Notes under the pieces: model-generated
Database searches by the model: none
Told to the model about the DNA's origin: nothing
What the model saw: only the letters and a program-made list of their open reading frames with translations
Origin: the human T2T-CHM13v2.0 reference genome, Homo sapiens
Strand: one strand, 5' to 3'
Assembly (NCBI RefSeq): GCF_009914755.1
Contig: NC_060929.1
DNA length: 64,000 bases
Translations under genes and position numbers: made by a program
Part shown: positions 1 to 16,722 of the stretch, piece by piece
How positions within the stretch are numbered: position 1 is the stretch's first letter
Layout: each line of letters begins with the position of its first letter

Positions 1-830
1 AACATTTTATTGAAGAAATGCAGTGATTTTATTGTTGCATTCAGGGAGGCTGCTAAAAGACACAAGCTTCTGTATGTAGATTTTCATATATTTTCATGCT
101 TGAATTGAACAAGTGTCTAATGGCTTTATCATCTCCTGAAAATCAACTTTCAGTATTCTGAAAGGGCTGGAGTTATGGGGTTTTAACTGCTCTCTAAATA
201 GACTTTCCATTTATCTATACAACTGGATGTTTCTGGGTTTTTTTTCCAACAATTTTATAATGACCTTATGAGATCCAAACCTTAATCAGCTTTAATTCTC
301 TTATATTTTCTTCTGCTTTTGTAATTCTATTTCTCATTTGCTCTGTCATTTAATATGTCTGAAATATACCTTTGCGTAGCAAAATTATTACTGATGTTAA
401 AGAAAAAAATATTTATGACACTTGTTAAAGACGGTAAGGCAGACTTTATTCAAGGGGGCCATTGTGATCGGTATAGGCACTGCTGCAATGGTGTCTGGCA
501 GTGGGGAAGAGAGATTCGACTCAAATCTGACTCTAACAAGAGCAAGTAGGGATTTATAATTAAGAAGCAGGGTGAATATAAGTGGATGAAAACTCACTAT
601 GAGGAAACATTGAAAACAAGGTATTTCTGGCTAATCTGACTTGATAGAATTATTGCTGAAGGCAGGCCAGGGTGATAAGGTATTATACCATTGTTGGGGA
701 ATTTTTACTAAACCAATGTAGGGAAAACAAAACTTTATCCCTTCCCTCTTAAGGTCCCATGCTAGACCTGAGAATTAAATTAAGATAATATACATAAGTA
801 GGAGGAAAACACACTGATTTATTTAATATA

Positions 831-1637
<807 letters not shown>

Positions 1638-2795
1638 CATATATTTTACTCAGCATAAGAGCCTTTATAAGGAAATGAAGACCCAAAGAGGCAGTTAAGA
1701 GTCCAACTCGTATTTACTGAATTAAACAAGAGTGGTTGTGAAATGTGGTGAGGCAAAGGGGCTTCGGTTACAGTCATTTATTGGTTAGAGAAGTGACTAA
1801 GAAGAAAAAGGTTAGTTTAACAAGATTTATTTGTACAGATTTTTCTTATCTTCACCTTCTAATTATTAATGGCAAGAACGCTACTACTTTTGGTATAGAG
1901 AATATGTATTTCACACGGTAATTTCATCTATTGTTTTTAAAAAAACAGAGTTAAAGTAAGAGTGATCTTGAACCTGCCTTGGGTTTTTTTGTTTGCTTGT
2001 TTGGCTTTATTTTTTTGTTGGGGGCATTGTTTTTATTGAAAATAGGCGATAGGCTAGAGCAGCATATTTTGGGGTGGAATCTTTTTTACTCCTTCACTGA
2101 CTCAGCAAGATTGTTGTTCAAACAGGGTTCTACAAGGACAGAGAAATGTCTGAGGTCAGGACAAGTCAAGAAGGACTCAAGTACCTGACTAAAGGTTTAC
2201 TCAAAGGAAACAGTCTTTGTCACAGGTAGGTCAAGAGAAATTGTGTTAGTAAAAATCCTCTCTATTTCTTTATTTCTTCCTAGATTAATCGTTTATGTAG
2301 CAAGGATATGGTAGGAATACATTTTTTTCAACCACAAAAATTATGTTACACTCAGGGCCATGATTAAGACACAAATTTAGATTTATACTTTACAAGGAAT
2401 GTGTAGTCTGTCTGTGTATATATTTTTTCTGTCTTTATATTAACAATATTGGGCTTGGCTGAAAGTTTCACATTGTAGTTTTATAAACATTAAAGAATTT
2501 AAGCATTTTAAATGATAAGTATTACAAATATATCCAAAGTGATCCACTATTTAGATACGTCTTTTCTTACTTTCCAAATACATAGAAAGTATGATATATA
2601 ATGTGATTTATTATAGTTCCTAAACCGCCTCCTATATGTGAAGAAGAGGGAAATACAGTATCTTTATATGAAGAAATTCCATACTTTTTATCATGTAATA
2701 AATATCTGCTTTCCAAAAATATACCCTATGTCACCAGTAACCAGTTTTTGTTTTTGTTTTATTAATAGGTTATGTGTTCTAAGATTTCAGAACAG

Positions 2796-3809
<1,014 letters not shown>

Positions 3810-4701
3810 TACTATTGTTTTTCTGTGCATTTTCAACTCATTTTATTTCAGAAGTAATTGTATTATAAATTTATTCTGCTTCTGTTTTTGCTTTGGTAGA
3901 ACACCTTAGGAAAACTGAGAATGGCAGTCAAAAGTATAATGTTTTTAGTTGGTTACTGGGACAGCCAAAAATAATCAACTTATTCCTGAAGGTCCTTCTA
4001 CTATATAAAGGTCTCCACAGTTCAAATCACAGGTATTCAGTTTATAAAACTTTGGTTGACATTATCATTAAGGGTATACAAAGTGTAAAATACTATGTTA
4101 ACATTTGAACACTCATGTTCCAACAGGCTATGGAAAGGAAATGGAGCATTCATACAGACAGATAAATCTTCTAATTTTAGTCATTGAAAAATTACAGCTA
4201 ATCAATCATGTTGGAGACAACTATGAAAAGATATACTTAAAATACCTGTTTTTTTTCTTTTCCATTGGTATAGAAGGCTTCATTTTTAAGATATTGAAAT
4301 AAATAATTAATTTAACTATATGGATTATGAATTATATGTATTTGCATTCCAAAAATAATTTTAAAATTAAGTAACTTCCAATTATTTTTAAAATTTCTAA
4401 TTAAAAATAGACATTAATTTCAGTTTTTACAGCTTCTCTTTGGCATAACTAAGTTTTATACACTGTAATTTGACTCTTTTTTATGTACTAATTTATTATT
4501 TGATGTTTATTATATTTTAATCTCATTGCATTAGTGGATTTTTTATAAAGAATATTAGACGAAATAACTTGTATATTTGCTTATAAAACCAATATAAACC
4601 AAAATAATTTTCAGAAAATATAAGAAACTTTACAAACTAATTTTGAGATTTCAGTTGTAGCCTGAAATTAAGTTTCATAAAAACTTTTAAAGTATTTTTT
4701 A

Positions 4702-5005
<304 letters not shown>

Positions 5006-5314
5006 GTATGTTTTCCTTTACTGATCTGTGTAACAAAATTGTTATTAAAATGTTAAACCATTTATGTGTTATATTAAAATGACATCTTATTTACAACATA
5101 TTATCCATGTGTTATAATGACAGAAAACTCTAAAAATGCCCTGCAAAAAAGTAAAAGCAGAGGTATAGAAATACTTTATTTTGTTGACCAGCAAAACTTC
5201 AAATAATTTTTTATTTCTAAGCAAGAATGTCAGCATTAAAAAGGGCACTTGCTTTAGACTTTAACATTCAAAAAAAAAAAAAAAAGAAACAATAAAACTT
5301 TATAGGATAGTCAG

Positions 5315-5520
5315 TTTTTGAAGCGAGATTGCCTGAGTTCAAATCTTATCTGTGCCAATAATTAGTTGTGTGAACTTAGATAAATTATTATGCTATTTGT
5401 GCCTCAATTACCCATTGAAAAAATTAGTATAGTAAATGTTCTTACATATAGGTTTTGTGAAATAAGATGCTCATTTGTACAGCTCAAGACATACATTGAA
5501 CACCCTATAAATGTTTCTTA
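5315..5520 (+). mobile_element. MIR relic
   Basis: Core CCTGAGTTCAAATC...TGTGTGAACTTAGATAAATTA...GTGCCTCAATT. Confidence 0.65.
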
Positions 5521-6448
5521 ATATGATAATTACATCGTAGCCATTCAAATAGCTAGAAAATGTATCTACCTAATAGGTATTTTTTAAAAAATGACCAACT
5601 CAATATTAATAATATATTGATATTATAAAAGAACATAGACAAAATATGAATATGAAACCCTGTTTGAACTATAATAAGAACTGGTAGTGTTAAGTGATAA
5701 TTTATAATATATAGGTAGCTATATTCCTAATTTTCTAACCATCATCAGCATATGTATCTATATTCTATCTCCTACATTTCAAAAATTTTAAATAGAAGAA
5801 AATAAATGATAGAGAAAAATGTATATTTTTGAATTGATTGATAGGGAGTATGAAGAGTGATCAATAAGTTGTAACTTGCTTGGCTTAGTATTGTTCAGTT
5901 TCTGTTTTTGTTTCAAAAAAGATCCTTCAAGACGAAGAACACATTTTGGGCACACAGTGCTATTCTATAACGAGAAAATTAAAGGAATTGTAGATACATG
6001 CTGAAAAATGTATCTTTCAAAATTTTTTGTTCCATGCCTAGAATATTTAGATTCCAGGATTTATCTTTTCTTGAGCATTTACTTAGTAGTAGCTGTAGGA
6101 AATATGCAATGGTTTGTTTTGTTATAAACACTTTTTTTAGAAATTCATGAAAATCAGTTTAATAAGAATAACTGAGAAAATAAAACCCATATACCATAAT
6201 TTATATTAAACTAAATCTTAAAAATCTTTCTTCTCTTTTATTGTACTTCCTATATGTACTTAAAATGAAAAATGAAGCTTTATATGTAAATCAGAAATGG
6301 CTTTGATTATAGGTAACGGAAAATCCCAACAGATGGCCAAAAAGCAAATTTAAAGGAAATTCCTTTGTGTCACATAACAAAATGACTAGAATGAAGCCAT
6401 TGTCTCTGAAATATTCTTAGCCTTTTTTCTCATTGTAACAAACATGGC

Positions 6449-6762
<314 letters not shown>

Positions 6763-8067
6763 CTATCATCACTTCAGTCTTTAAAGTCTTGGCAATATCA
6801 GGAAAGAAGCTTTGCCAACCACTTTTATCTAGGAAAACACAATGTTCTCAAAGCTTTCCAAGAGACCCTTTTTTACTTCTCACATGATGAGTTCTAATTT
6901 ACAGGAATCCTGAGATATTGAGAATTGGCATTTTCAAGCTGATATGTACATACAAAAAGAAGAAGGAAGATAAATTAATAATTCATCCAACAGCATCTAA
7001 ACAAGGATATTCTGTACATTTTAAAAGTTCATAGATTTAGCTAATAACAGATTAGGAAAAAAAAGCATGTATCTTGGAACTTCAATATAATTATTTGTCA
7101 GTCTGCTAATATAATAATATGCCTCAAGTTATCACTACTGGAATCAACAGAAAATGATTGATGTACTGAAAAATAAAATCTTACAAATTAAAAAAAATTG
7201 CAGAAAAATTTTAACATGGTTGCTTAACTTTATTTTCTTGACATTAATGTAGATGATTTGTTAAGCATTCAAATTATACTACCTTGAATTATAGTAGATA
7301 AATGAATCTGAAATAGACTAGTGAAAGCCAGTGATTTTGCCCAATAGGTGATGCTTTTATTTTCTTGCAGCATTACTTTATAGTTGATTTATTATCATTT
7401 CAAAACGTCCCTAAGCTTTTTTCATATCTGTTTTGTTAGCATAGAATGATATTGATTGCTCTATATTTCTAAATAGTGTAGCTTTCTATAAAGCCACCTA
7501 AGGTAACAGAAAATATTGATCCAAAATATAGAATCTATATGTAAAATCCACAACAAGAATGCATTCAATTGAATATTCAAATATTTGATATTACTATATT
7601 TTAAAATGTGCTATTGTTCAATAATGCAGATATGTTCACATGTACATAAATCTCATAAATGACTCTTGATTCATGATCTTTCATAAGTAAATGTTGATAG
7701 AAGTGATTACCTCTTTTCTACTCTTGATGTTACCTTACTGTTTGGCAGAATCTCCACTGCCTGAGAATCCTGGCTTCTACTTTGTCCTCACACATGATGT
7801 AACAGTTGACATGTAAACATTTACCTAATTGGTGAATTTTGAATAAGATACTGACCATGAGTAGTCCAATCTTGCCTTGATGTTGTTTTCATTTTTTTCT
7901 TTCCTCCCACTACAGATCCTTATTTCCAAGGAGACATGCATTATGCTTTGTTTCTTCATGCCTTAAGTTTTATACATTTATACCACAGTATAACTATATA
8001 CCATTGTCAATTTCATCACAGTACTTTGATCTTCAATAACTAAATCCTGTGATAATTTTAACTCTTT

Positions 8068-8718
8068 AAAAAGCAAAGCTAGAGGCATTACACTACATGA
8101 TTTTAAAATATGTTACAAAACTATAGTAATCAAAACAGCATGATACTGGCATAAAAACCGACATATCAACCAATGGAACAGGATAGAGAGCCCAGAAATA
8201 AATCCATGCATTTAAGGTCAATTAATTTTCAGCAAAAAAGGCAAGTGCACACAATGGGACAAAGATAGTCTCTTCAATTAATGGTGTTGGAAAAACCGAA
8301 TGTCTGCATGCAGAGGATTAAAAGTGTACCCTTATCTTACTCTATACACAAAAATTAAGTGAAACAGGATTAAAAACTTAAATGTAGAACCTGAAACAGT
8401 AAAACTGCTAGATGAAAACACAAGGAAAAAAGCTTTATGACACTGGACCAGGTAATTACTTTTTTCTTTCAATATGACTCCAAAAGCACAGGCAACCAAA
8501 TCAAAAATAGACAAAGGAGATTGCATCAAACTGAAAAGCTTCTGTACATCAAAAAGATCAATTAACATAATAGACAATCCACAGATTCCCCTTCTAGAAA
8601 AACATTTGCAAAATATACATCTAAGAAGGAGGTAATACCCAAAATATATAAGGAACTCAATTCAATAGCAAGAAAAGAAATAATCAAATTAAGTTCTAGC
8701 AAGCAAAATGGAAAAATG
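8068..8718 (+). mobile_element. L1 (L1MA/MB-age) ORF2 fragment, decayed
   Basis: ORF2 motifs CAAAGCTAGAGGCATTACACTAC, AATCAAAACAGCATGATACTGGC, ATCAAACTGAAAAGCTTCTG, with stops and frameshifts. Confidence 0.9.
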
Positions 8719-8764
8719 TCCCCTTCTAGGAAAATAGCATCATTACATTTTCCTCCTGACAAGA

Positions 8765-9177
8765 TATATTAGGCCAATTTTGAATTGCTGTAAAGAAAAA
8801 CTTGAGACTGGCCAATTTATTAAAAAAGAGAAAAAAAAAGAGGCTTAATTGGCTCAAAGCTCTGCAGGCTAAACAGGAAGCACAGTGTCAGCATCTGCTT
8901 CTGGAGAAGGCCTCTAATGATGGGAGAGGGAAATGGGAAAGCCAGCATGTCATATGGTGAGAGTCGGAACAAGGGAGAGGGGGAGGAGGTGCCACACAAT
9001 TTCAAACAACCAGATCTCACAAGAACTCACTTTCTCCCTGACAGAACCAAGGGGGATGGTGTTAAACCATGAGAAACTGCCCCACGATCCAACCACCTCC
9101 TATCAGGCCCCACCTCCAAAGCTGATTATTCCATTTCAACATAAGATTTGGAGGGCTAAAATATCCAAATCATAGCA
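8765..9177 (-). mobile_element. MSTA-type MaLR solo LTR
   Basis: TATTAGGCCA...GCTGTAAAGAAA..CTTGAGACTGG at one end and GAGGG..AAATATCCAAATCATAGCA at the other. Confidence 0.85.
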
Positions 9178-9355
9178 TAATATATTATGAATATCCATAC
9201 ACATTAATATAAATTAATAAAATCATATTTTAAAGTTGTATAATTATTGCAGTATACATGACTTATAATTTTACACAATGATTTCTCTATTAATGGTAAT
9301 TCAGAATTTTTCTGCATTTGTATTACTAAAAATACAATAGAATAGCCATCCATAT

Positions 9356-10065
<710 letters not shown>

Positions 10066-10839
10066 CCTGAATCCTATTTTTTAAAGAGACACATTTATTA
10101 TTTGGCTTTATGGATATTTCTATACAGATGAGCTTCAATGGTGGAATTGTTGGGTTAGTATGCATATAGACTTTTATTTAAATAAGCACTGGCAGATTTC
10201 TTTCTATAATGTTTATAACAATATGTACTATAAATGTTTATTTGCCAAGGCTTTCTATTCTGAAGATTTCTACTAGTTTAATTATTAAAGGTTGATATAT
10301 ACATCTATGAATATATACATTTATGCATATATATATAATACACACACATACATATATGTCAATTTTATTTCCCAATAACTACTAGCAAAATTGACACTTT
10401 TTTTGTTGCTAGCCATTTAAGTTGTTTGTTTGTTTCAGCCAATTTTTTGTTCATATCACTTCCACAATTTTTTTTGGCTAGTAGTAATTTTGCTTGTTGG
10501 TTATGTATTTTTCCAACCTTTAATTTTAATGTTTTTAGTCTTTGGTTTTCTGGGAGTAACATATAAATTTCACACAGTTGCAATATATTTGGATTCCCTA
10601 AGCTGATATTCTCTCACTTTATTTTTTATTATAAATAAAAAATTTTCAAAAGACAATTTGACAAAGTCTAAACTTCTGTCTCTCCCCTCTCCTACGGCTT
10701 TGCCCCCTCATTACCCTCTCCCTCTTTCTCTCCCTTTCTCTATTGTTTTCTCCTCAAATGATGAAACAATATGAATGTCTTAGAGTACCTAAAATCTGTA
10801 TGACAGCAAATACCAAGATGCTATTACAAAAATATCTCA

Positions 10840-11195
10840 CGGTTTTGGTTTATGTGTGGTAATTTATTTCCATGCTGACCCAAGCTAATAGGACAGCTCT
10901 GTTCTATTTGGTTATGCAGGAACCTTGGTCCCTATTTTCTTGTTGCTGTGTTATCTCCTGGGACATTGATCTCATTTTCACTCTAATTTCTGCATTCAAG
11001 GTGAAAGGTGCTCACTGCCGCAATCACATTGCAGACCATGGAAAGGGAGCAAAGACGAACTCCTGAGCAAGCAGCTTTTCTTTAATTTGCAGATATTCTG
11101 AAAATTGACCACATCAGATATGCTTACGTCTAATTAAACTGAAATCTAATCACATAAACACCAATGGCTGAAACAGAGGCTGGGAAATCTACATT
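10840..11195 (-). mobile_element. Old MLT1 (J/K-like) LTR fragment
   Basis: Degenerate motif AATCACAT...CCAA.GGCTG...GAGGCTGGGAAAT typical of old MLT1 LTRs. Confidence 0.4.
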
Positions 11196-11919
11196 TTAGA
11201 TATGTTTTACCTACAGATGTACTAATTTGCATTTGCCAGGGCACTGTAAAATCTCTGAGTGAATTCTCTTTCTTATGCTCCCTGAATTTGAGCATTTCTG
11301 CCCATTTGCAATTCCAGAAATTGTCTAACTTTGTTCATTTGAATATTGTGTCCCCAAAGCAATATCATTTTCTGGGAAATCTTAAATATGTTGACCTCTG
11401 TCATTTGGGATTCTATTTCGATTTACCTCTGTTTTATATATTGCAACTGTTTAATCACTTGGTGCTTTATTATGAATTACTTCTTCATATCTTTCTTTTT
11501 ACTAATTATCTATAGATTAATCTAACTTTCTACTTTATATAGCCATTTCATTTTAATCTCAGTGCCTAATCTACTCAACATAAATATATACAGATATAAA
11601 ATTATGTTCTATAAGTTCTATTTTACTTATTTCTAAATATTTCAATGCTTTTTTCATAATGCAGCCCCCATAACGGATTCTTTATGTCTTAAATACTCAT
11701 ATATGTATGCATATAAATTTATTTATTTTTAAATCTGTCTAAGCTACTTTAATTTGAAATTTATTGGTGTAAATAATTTGGCTGTTGATTGTGTTGGCAG
11801 TCTTATTTACCGAGGATAAGCTCTTCATGAGTTCTGACTTGGGATTATTTATTTATCTTTAGATCGCTATTATCAGTGCTAATTGAGTGAGGTTTGATAT
11901 GAACTTTGTGGTTGGGCTG

Positions 11920-13285
11920 TGGAAAGGAGCCCCACTTGGTCCAGAGTCTGAGAGTAAAATGGGTCCCACTCTTGCTCGCTTGCCTGTGGAGCCTCACACC
12001 CCTCTGGGTTGGCACTTGCTTCTGCTATTGCAGGTTCCAAGTATAGGCTTGCCTGGCCCAGCCCTGCTAGCTTCATTGACTCCCACCCTTACCCTACACC
12101 TCAGAGGCCGAACTAGGGACCTCTGAACCACTGAATGTTCCATTGGCCAACCTATCACCTGGGACACCCACGTACCCCACCTGGTTAACAAAGATCGAGC
12201 ATAAACCCACTATCACTGCTGCAGTTGGCTGTCACATGCAAGTGCTACCTACGGGCGTGAAAGTCAACCTGCACAGTCCATCACATCTGCTGACAGAAGT
12301 GCACAGCGCTTGGGAAAAAGACAAGCTTCTCACTACCTCTGCTCTCTGCTACTGCCATCACCCACATCATCCCAGCTACCCAGAAGGCTGTGAGCTCACT
12401 CACCTGCCCAGTACACGACTACTACAACTGGCATTTGAGAATGCCGCCACCCTAAGGCTATTTATAATCAAGGAAACCACACTGAGTATTCTCCACTGAA
12501 GCACTCCAGAAGCAAAGCCAAATGACCTCCATCAACATATATCCTAGTCACATCCTGAAAAAAAGTCCTGCCCCAATGAATGTAAATTGAAAAAGAAGAA
12601 GTGACTGTTTCTTCAGGTGTGAAGAAATCAGTGTAATAATACTGGAACTATGAAAAAGCAAAATGCCATTACTGGGTATATACCCAAAGGACTATAAATC
12701 ATGCTTCTATAAAGACACATGCACATGTATGTTTATTGCGGCATTATTCACAATAGCAAAGACTTGGAACCAACCCAAATGTCCAACAATGATAGACTGG
12801 ATTAAGAAAATGTGGCACATATACACCATGGAATACTATGCAGCCATAAAAAATGATGAGTTCATGTCCTTTGTAGGGACATGGATGAAATTGGAAATCA
12901 TCATTCTCAGTAAACTATCGCAAGAACAAAAAACCAAACACCGCATATTCTCACTCATAGGTGGGAAGTGAACAATGAGAACACATGGACACAGGAAGGG
13001 GAACATCACACTCTGGGGACTGTTGTGGGGTGGGGGGAGTGGGGAGGGATAGCATTGGGAGATATACCTAATGCTAGATGACAAGTTAGTGGGTGCAGCG
13101 CACCAGTATGGCACATGTATACGTATGTAACTAACCTGCACAATGTGCACATGTACCCTAAAACTTAAAGTATAATAATAAAAAAAAATTAAAAAAAAAA
13201 GAAAAAGCAAAATGTTATGACATCTTCAAAGGGAACACAGTAATTCTCTAGCAATGAATCCTAAAAAAATGAATTTTTCAAATGA
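11920..13285 (+). mobile_element. Old L1 (L1M/L1MA-type) 5'UTR to ORF1-start fragment, split by L1PA2
   Basis: GC-richer 5'UTR-like sequence leads into GGAACTATGAAAAAGCAAAATG and resumes after the insert as TTATGACATC.TCAAAGGGAACACAGTAATTCTCTAGCAA. Confidence 0.7.
12666..13200 (+). mobile_element. 5'-truncated young L1 (L1PA2-like): ORF2 C-terminus, 3'UTR and poly(A)
   Basis: Translates to the ORF2p C-terminus (LLGIYPKDYKSC..KDTCT.MFIAALFTIAKTWNQPKCPTMIDWIKKMWHIYTMEYYAAIK). G-rich 3'UTR. Perfect 14-bp TSD GAAAAAGCAAAATG at 12652-12665 and 13201-13214. Confidence 0.97.
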
Positions 13286-13943
13286 TATGAGACATTGTCT
13301 CTATATGCTATGTTTATTTTTGTTTCAATTCTACTGGGTGAACCAGAGATATTATCAGTTCATACATATTATATTCTAGGTTGAAGCTGCTGAATCAAAG
13401 ATATAGTATGAGTGTAAACTGCTAAATTTGCTTAAACATAGGGTTTTGCCACAAAATTTTACTTTAGTGTTTTTTTTTTCCTCTTATTCCTACCCAAACT
13501 TTTAAAGCAAGGAACTAGACAGGAAGAAAACACACACACACTCACAAACAAACAAACAAACAAACAAAACCTTTGTAATCTCTCTGTGGTAGTTGTAAAC
13601 GTATGTTTGGCCTTTTGGTGGCATTTATTTTTAAGCTTCACCTTTCTTATCTAGAATCATGGCCTCATCTGATGAATTTCTGTAGGCATGTAATCTTAGG
13701 TCCTTCTATTATTGGTACAGGAATAGGCATGTTCACTCACACTTAACAGTATGTTTTTAAATAATTTTTAAATTGAACTTCAATGTATTCCTTATTTTTT
13801 TAATTCAGTCATGCATTTAAATGGATACAGGCAATATTTTAGTAAGAATCTCTAGGCAAATTTTAGCACAAGGTCTTACATGTTTCATTTAGTTTGTTTT
13901 ATTGCTAGAAACAATTTATGACTGATTTATGTGTGAATAGCCT

Positions 13944-14334
13944 TGTTTTATGCTTTGAAAATGTCCTCTCAAAAAATCAATTGCAGAAACTTAATTGCTA
14001 ATGTAATAGTATTAAGAAGTTGGCTCTTTAAAAGATGATCCTGTCATGGGAGCTCCACCCTTGTGAATGGGAAGGTTCTTATGAAAGAGGCTTCACTCTG
14101 CACTCAGCTTTCTTGTCCTTCTATCTCTGCTTTGTGAGGACACCGTATCCTTCTCCTACAAAGAATGCAGCAACCAAGTATCTTGGAATCAGAGAGCAGC
14201 CCTGACCAGATAACCAAACACGCCAGTGCCTTGACTTTGAACTTTGCAGCCTCCAGAACTGTGAGAAAACAAATTTCTGCTTTTTATAAATTATCCGGTT
14301 TCAGGTATTCTGTTATAGCAGCACAAACAGGACA
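13944..14334 (+). mobile_element. MSTC/MSTD-type MaLR solo LTR
   Basis: TTGACTTTGAACTTTGCAGCCTCCAGAACTGTGAGAAAACAAATTTCTG...GGTATTCTGTTATAGCAGCACAAAC. Confidence 0.8.
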
Positions 14335-16428
14335 CCTTTGTAATCTCTCTGTATCTGTAGAGACTGTATGGTCTGCTTTATGTGAATGGCTGCATACAAT
14401 GCTAATGTTCTCCATTGAGGCTTTCTTATAGAAGAAAAATTAAGGTCTAGCCCTGTTCACATAGGAGTAATAATTAAATAATATTATAAGAGGGTAGATA
14501 CTGAGCCATAGGCTGGTACTTTCACTAGATTAGCCATTCTCGTGTGGATTTCCATGCAATGGAGGTTTAGCTCCACTGCTTTCTTTTTTGGGGGGAAGAC
14601 ATCAGGACCAAAAGTTGTAAAACTTTTACAAAAGTAGCCTCAGTGGAGAGCACCAGCATAACGAGTAAATTCTTTCTTTTTTTTTTCAGAACAGGGACAA
14701 AAGCAGAAATCAGGTTATCTTTATAAACAAGTAACAATATATGTTAAGTAAATTTTTTTTGGATTTTGTATTCCTTTATTTGTAAAATGAGTCAAAAATG
14801 ACTTTAAAAGTACCTTTTGCCTTTCAATTTCTATGAATCATAGCAAGTTGAGTATATTTTGTGGTAGAAGATTAATTTTGTGCAGTCATACTATGTAGGT
14901 GATTTAATATCAAACCTATTTAGTAACAACATATAATTTTCAGACCAATAAGTACAGTGTTATTTATGTAGGCTTAACATGCAAAATGGTTGTGTTTTGA
15001 ATTATGACCTAGAAAAATTAAGCAACAATCTAATGGTTTTCACTGACATTTAATTCCACAATAACTGATTACAGTATTATTTTTCCATTATATATTTGAG
15101 CCTAATATAACTTTATAGTGTTATAAATAATTTAGCTTTCTTTCTTAGTGTTTCTTTTGGTATATCAATATTCTATAGTATTCACGCATTGCACTTATAT
15201 TTTTTATGTTAACATAATTTATCTCATGTTACATTTTAATCACCTTGTTATATTCTTTAAAATTCAACTAGCATATTAATTTAACTTTATTGGCATAATT
15301 TATCTACATTATTTTCTCTTTAATTTGTAGAGGTGGAAGGAAACATTTAATGTATTCATGTTACAAATTGATGTCCAATAAATCTATGCTTATGGAAACA
15401 ATAAATAAGAAACTTATTTCTAAAAATTATGGCATTATTTTAATTTCATCTTAAAGTGAAATTTTACAAATAATATCCTTGATGTTTTAATAATTTGACA
15501 CTGATTTTTACTGAACTCTGGTCTAATTTTAATTATACATGTAAAGTTTATACATTTAATGAAGAACAACTCCATCCTATTTTGAAAAAATCTGTTATAA
15601 AATGTCTAGGTAATTCCCATGAAAACATATTTACCTAAATTTTGCAATAAGAATACAATTTATAAGGTTAAAAACTAAAATGACTACTCTTAAATTAATG
15701 CAGCAATTATTCGATGTTCCAACAACATCCTGATAACATATGTAACAAATTTTGTTTTATCTTCAACTATTGTTGCTTAAAGTGAATACTTCTTTTAAAT
15801 ATTTTGATATTACAATTAATTTAAATATTTTTTATTTTTAAGTATCTCCTTGTTTGTTATAGTAGTAAACATTGTACTATTCTTTATGTCTATCTAAGAA
15901 TGCCCTGATTTAGTTTGTTTGTAACACTGAGATATATAATTTAGAATGAAAATGTGTTTACTGTTCAGTTGTTTCCAAAAGATTTATTTAATAATAGAAA
16001 ATGGTGTAATAGTTATTATGCATTCAATATATATTTACTTTGGGAAAACTGAAAAGGTTGTTTATATATATTATAAAATATATATAAATAATATAAGAAG
16101 TAAAGTTATCAGTAATAAAATTAATAAAATAAATGAAAAGAATATATATTGATAACTTAATGTTATAAATGAGAAAAACATGTTTTAGGTGTCAATGTAA
16201 AAAATAAAAAGAAAAATTAAATAACTCACGTTCTCTGATGGAAGTGTTGTAAAGCTCATTAAACATGGGCAAATACAAAATCCATAAACACCTGAAAAAA
16301 AAAGCCAATAAATAATAAATTGACAATTAAAATTAAAAAATTCTCTGAAAACCTTGTAAACATGTCTTATAGTAATAACATATCGAGTGGGAAATACTGT
16401 AAAAATGAACAACTGATAAACTATTGAC

Positions 16429-16722
16429 TTTTTTCTTTTTTGAGATGAATTCTTGTTCTGTCACCCAGGCTGGAGTGCAGTGGTGCAATCTCGCTTACTG
16501 CAACCTCTGCCTCCCGGGTTCAAGTGATTCTCTCCTGCCTCAGCCTCCTGAGTAGCTGGGATTACAGGCAGGTGCCACCACGCCTGGCTAATTTTTGTAT
16601 TTTTAGTAGAGACGGGGTTTCTCCATGTTGGTCAGGCTGGTCTCAAACTCCTGACCTCGTGATCCACCTGCCTTGGCCTCCCAAAGTGCTGGGATTACAG
16701 GCGTGAGCCACCGCGCTTGGCC
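16429..16722 (-). mobile_element. AluS
   Basis: Full Alu body in reverse orientation with a T tail. Confidence 0.96.

Noticed and set aside
11920-12500. GC-richer block as a possible CpG-island promoter with 65-118 aa ORFs
   Set aside because: It is CpG-poor and contiguous with an old L1 5'UTR/ORF1 start, so it is explained as L1 sequence.
12663-12971. 102-aa ORF with clear protein similarity
   Set aside because: It is the C-terminal fragment of L1 ORF2p in a 5'-truncated L1PA2. The ATG comes from the TSD, so it is not a gene.
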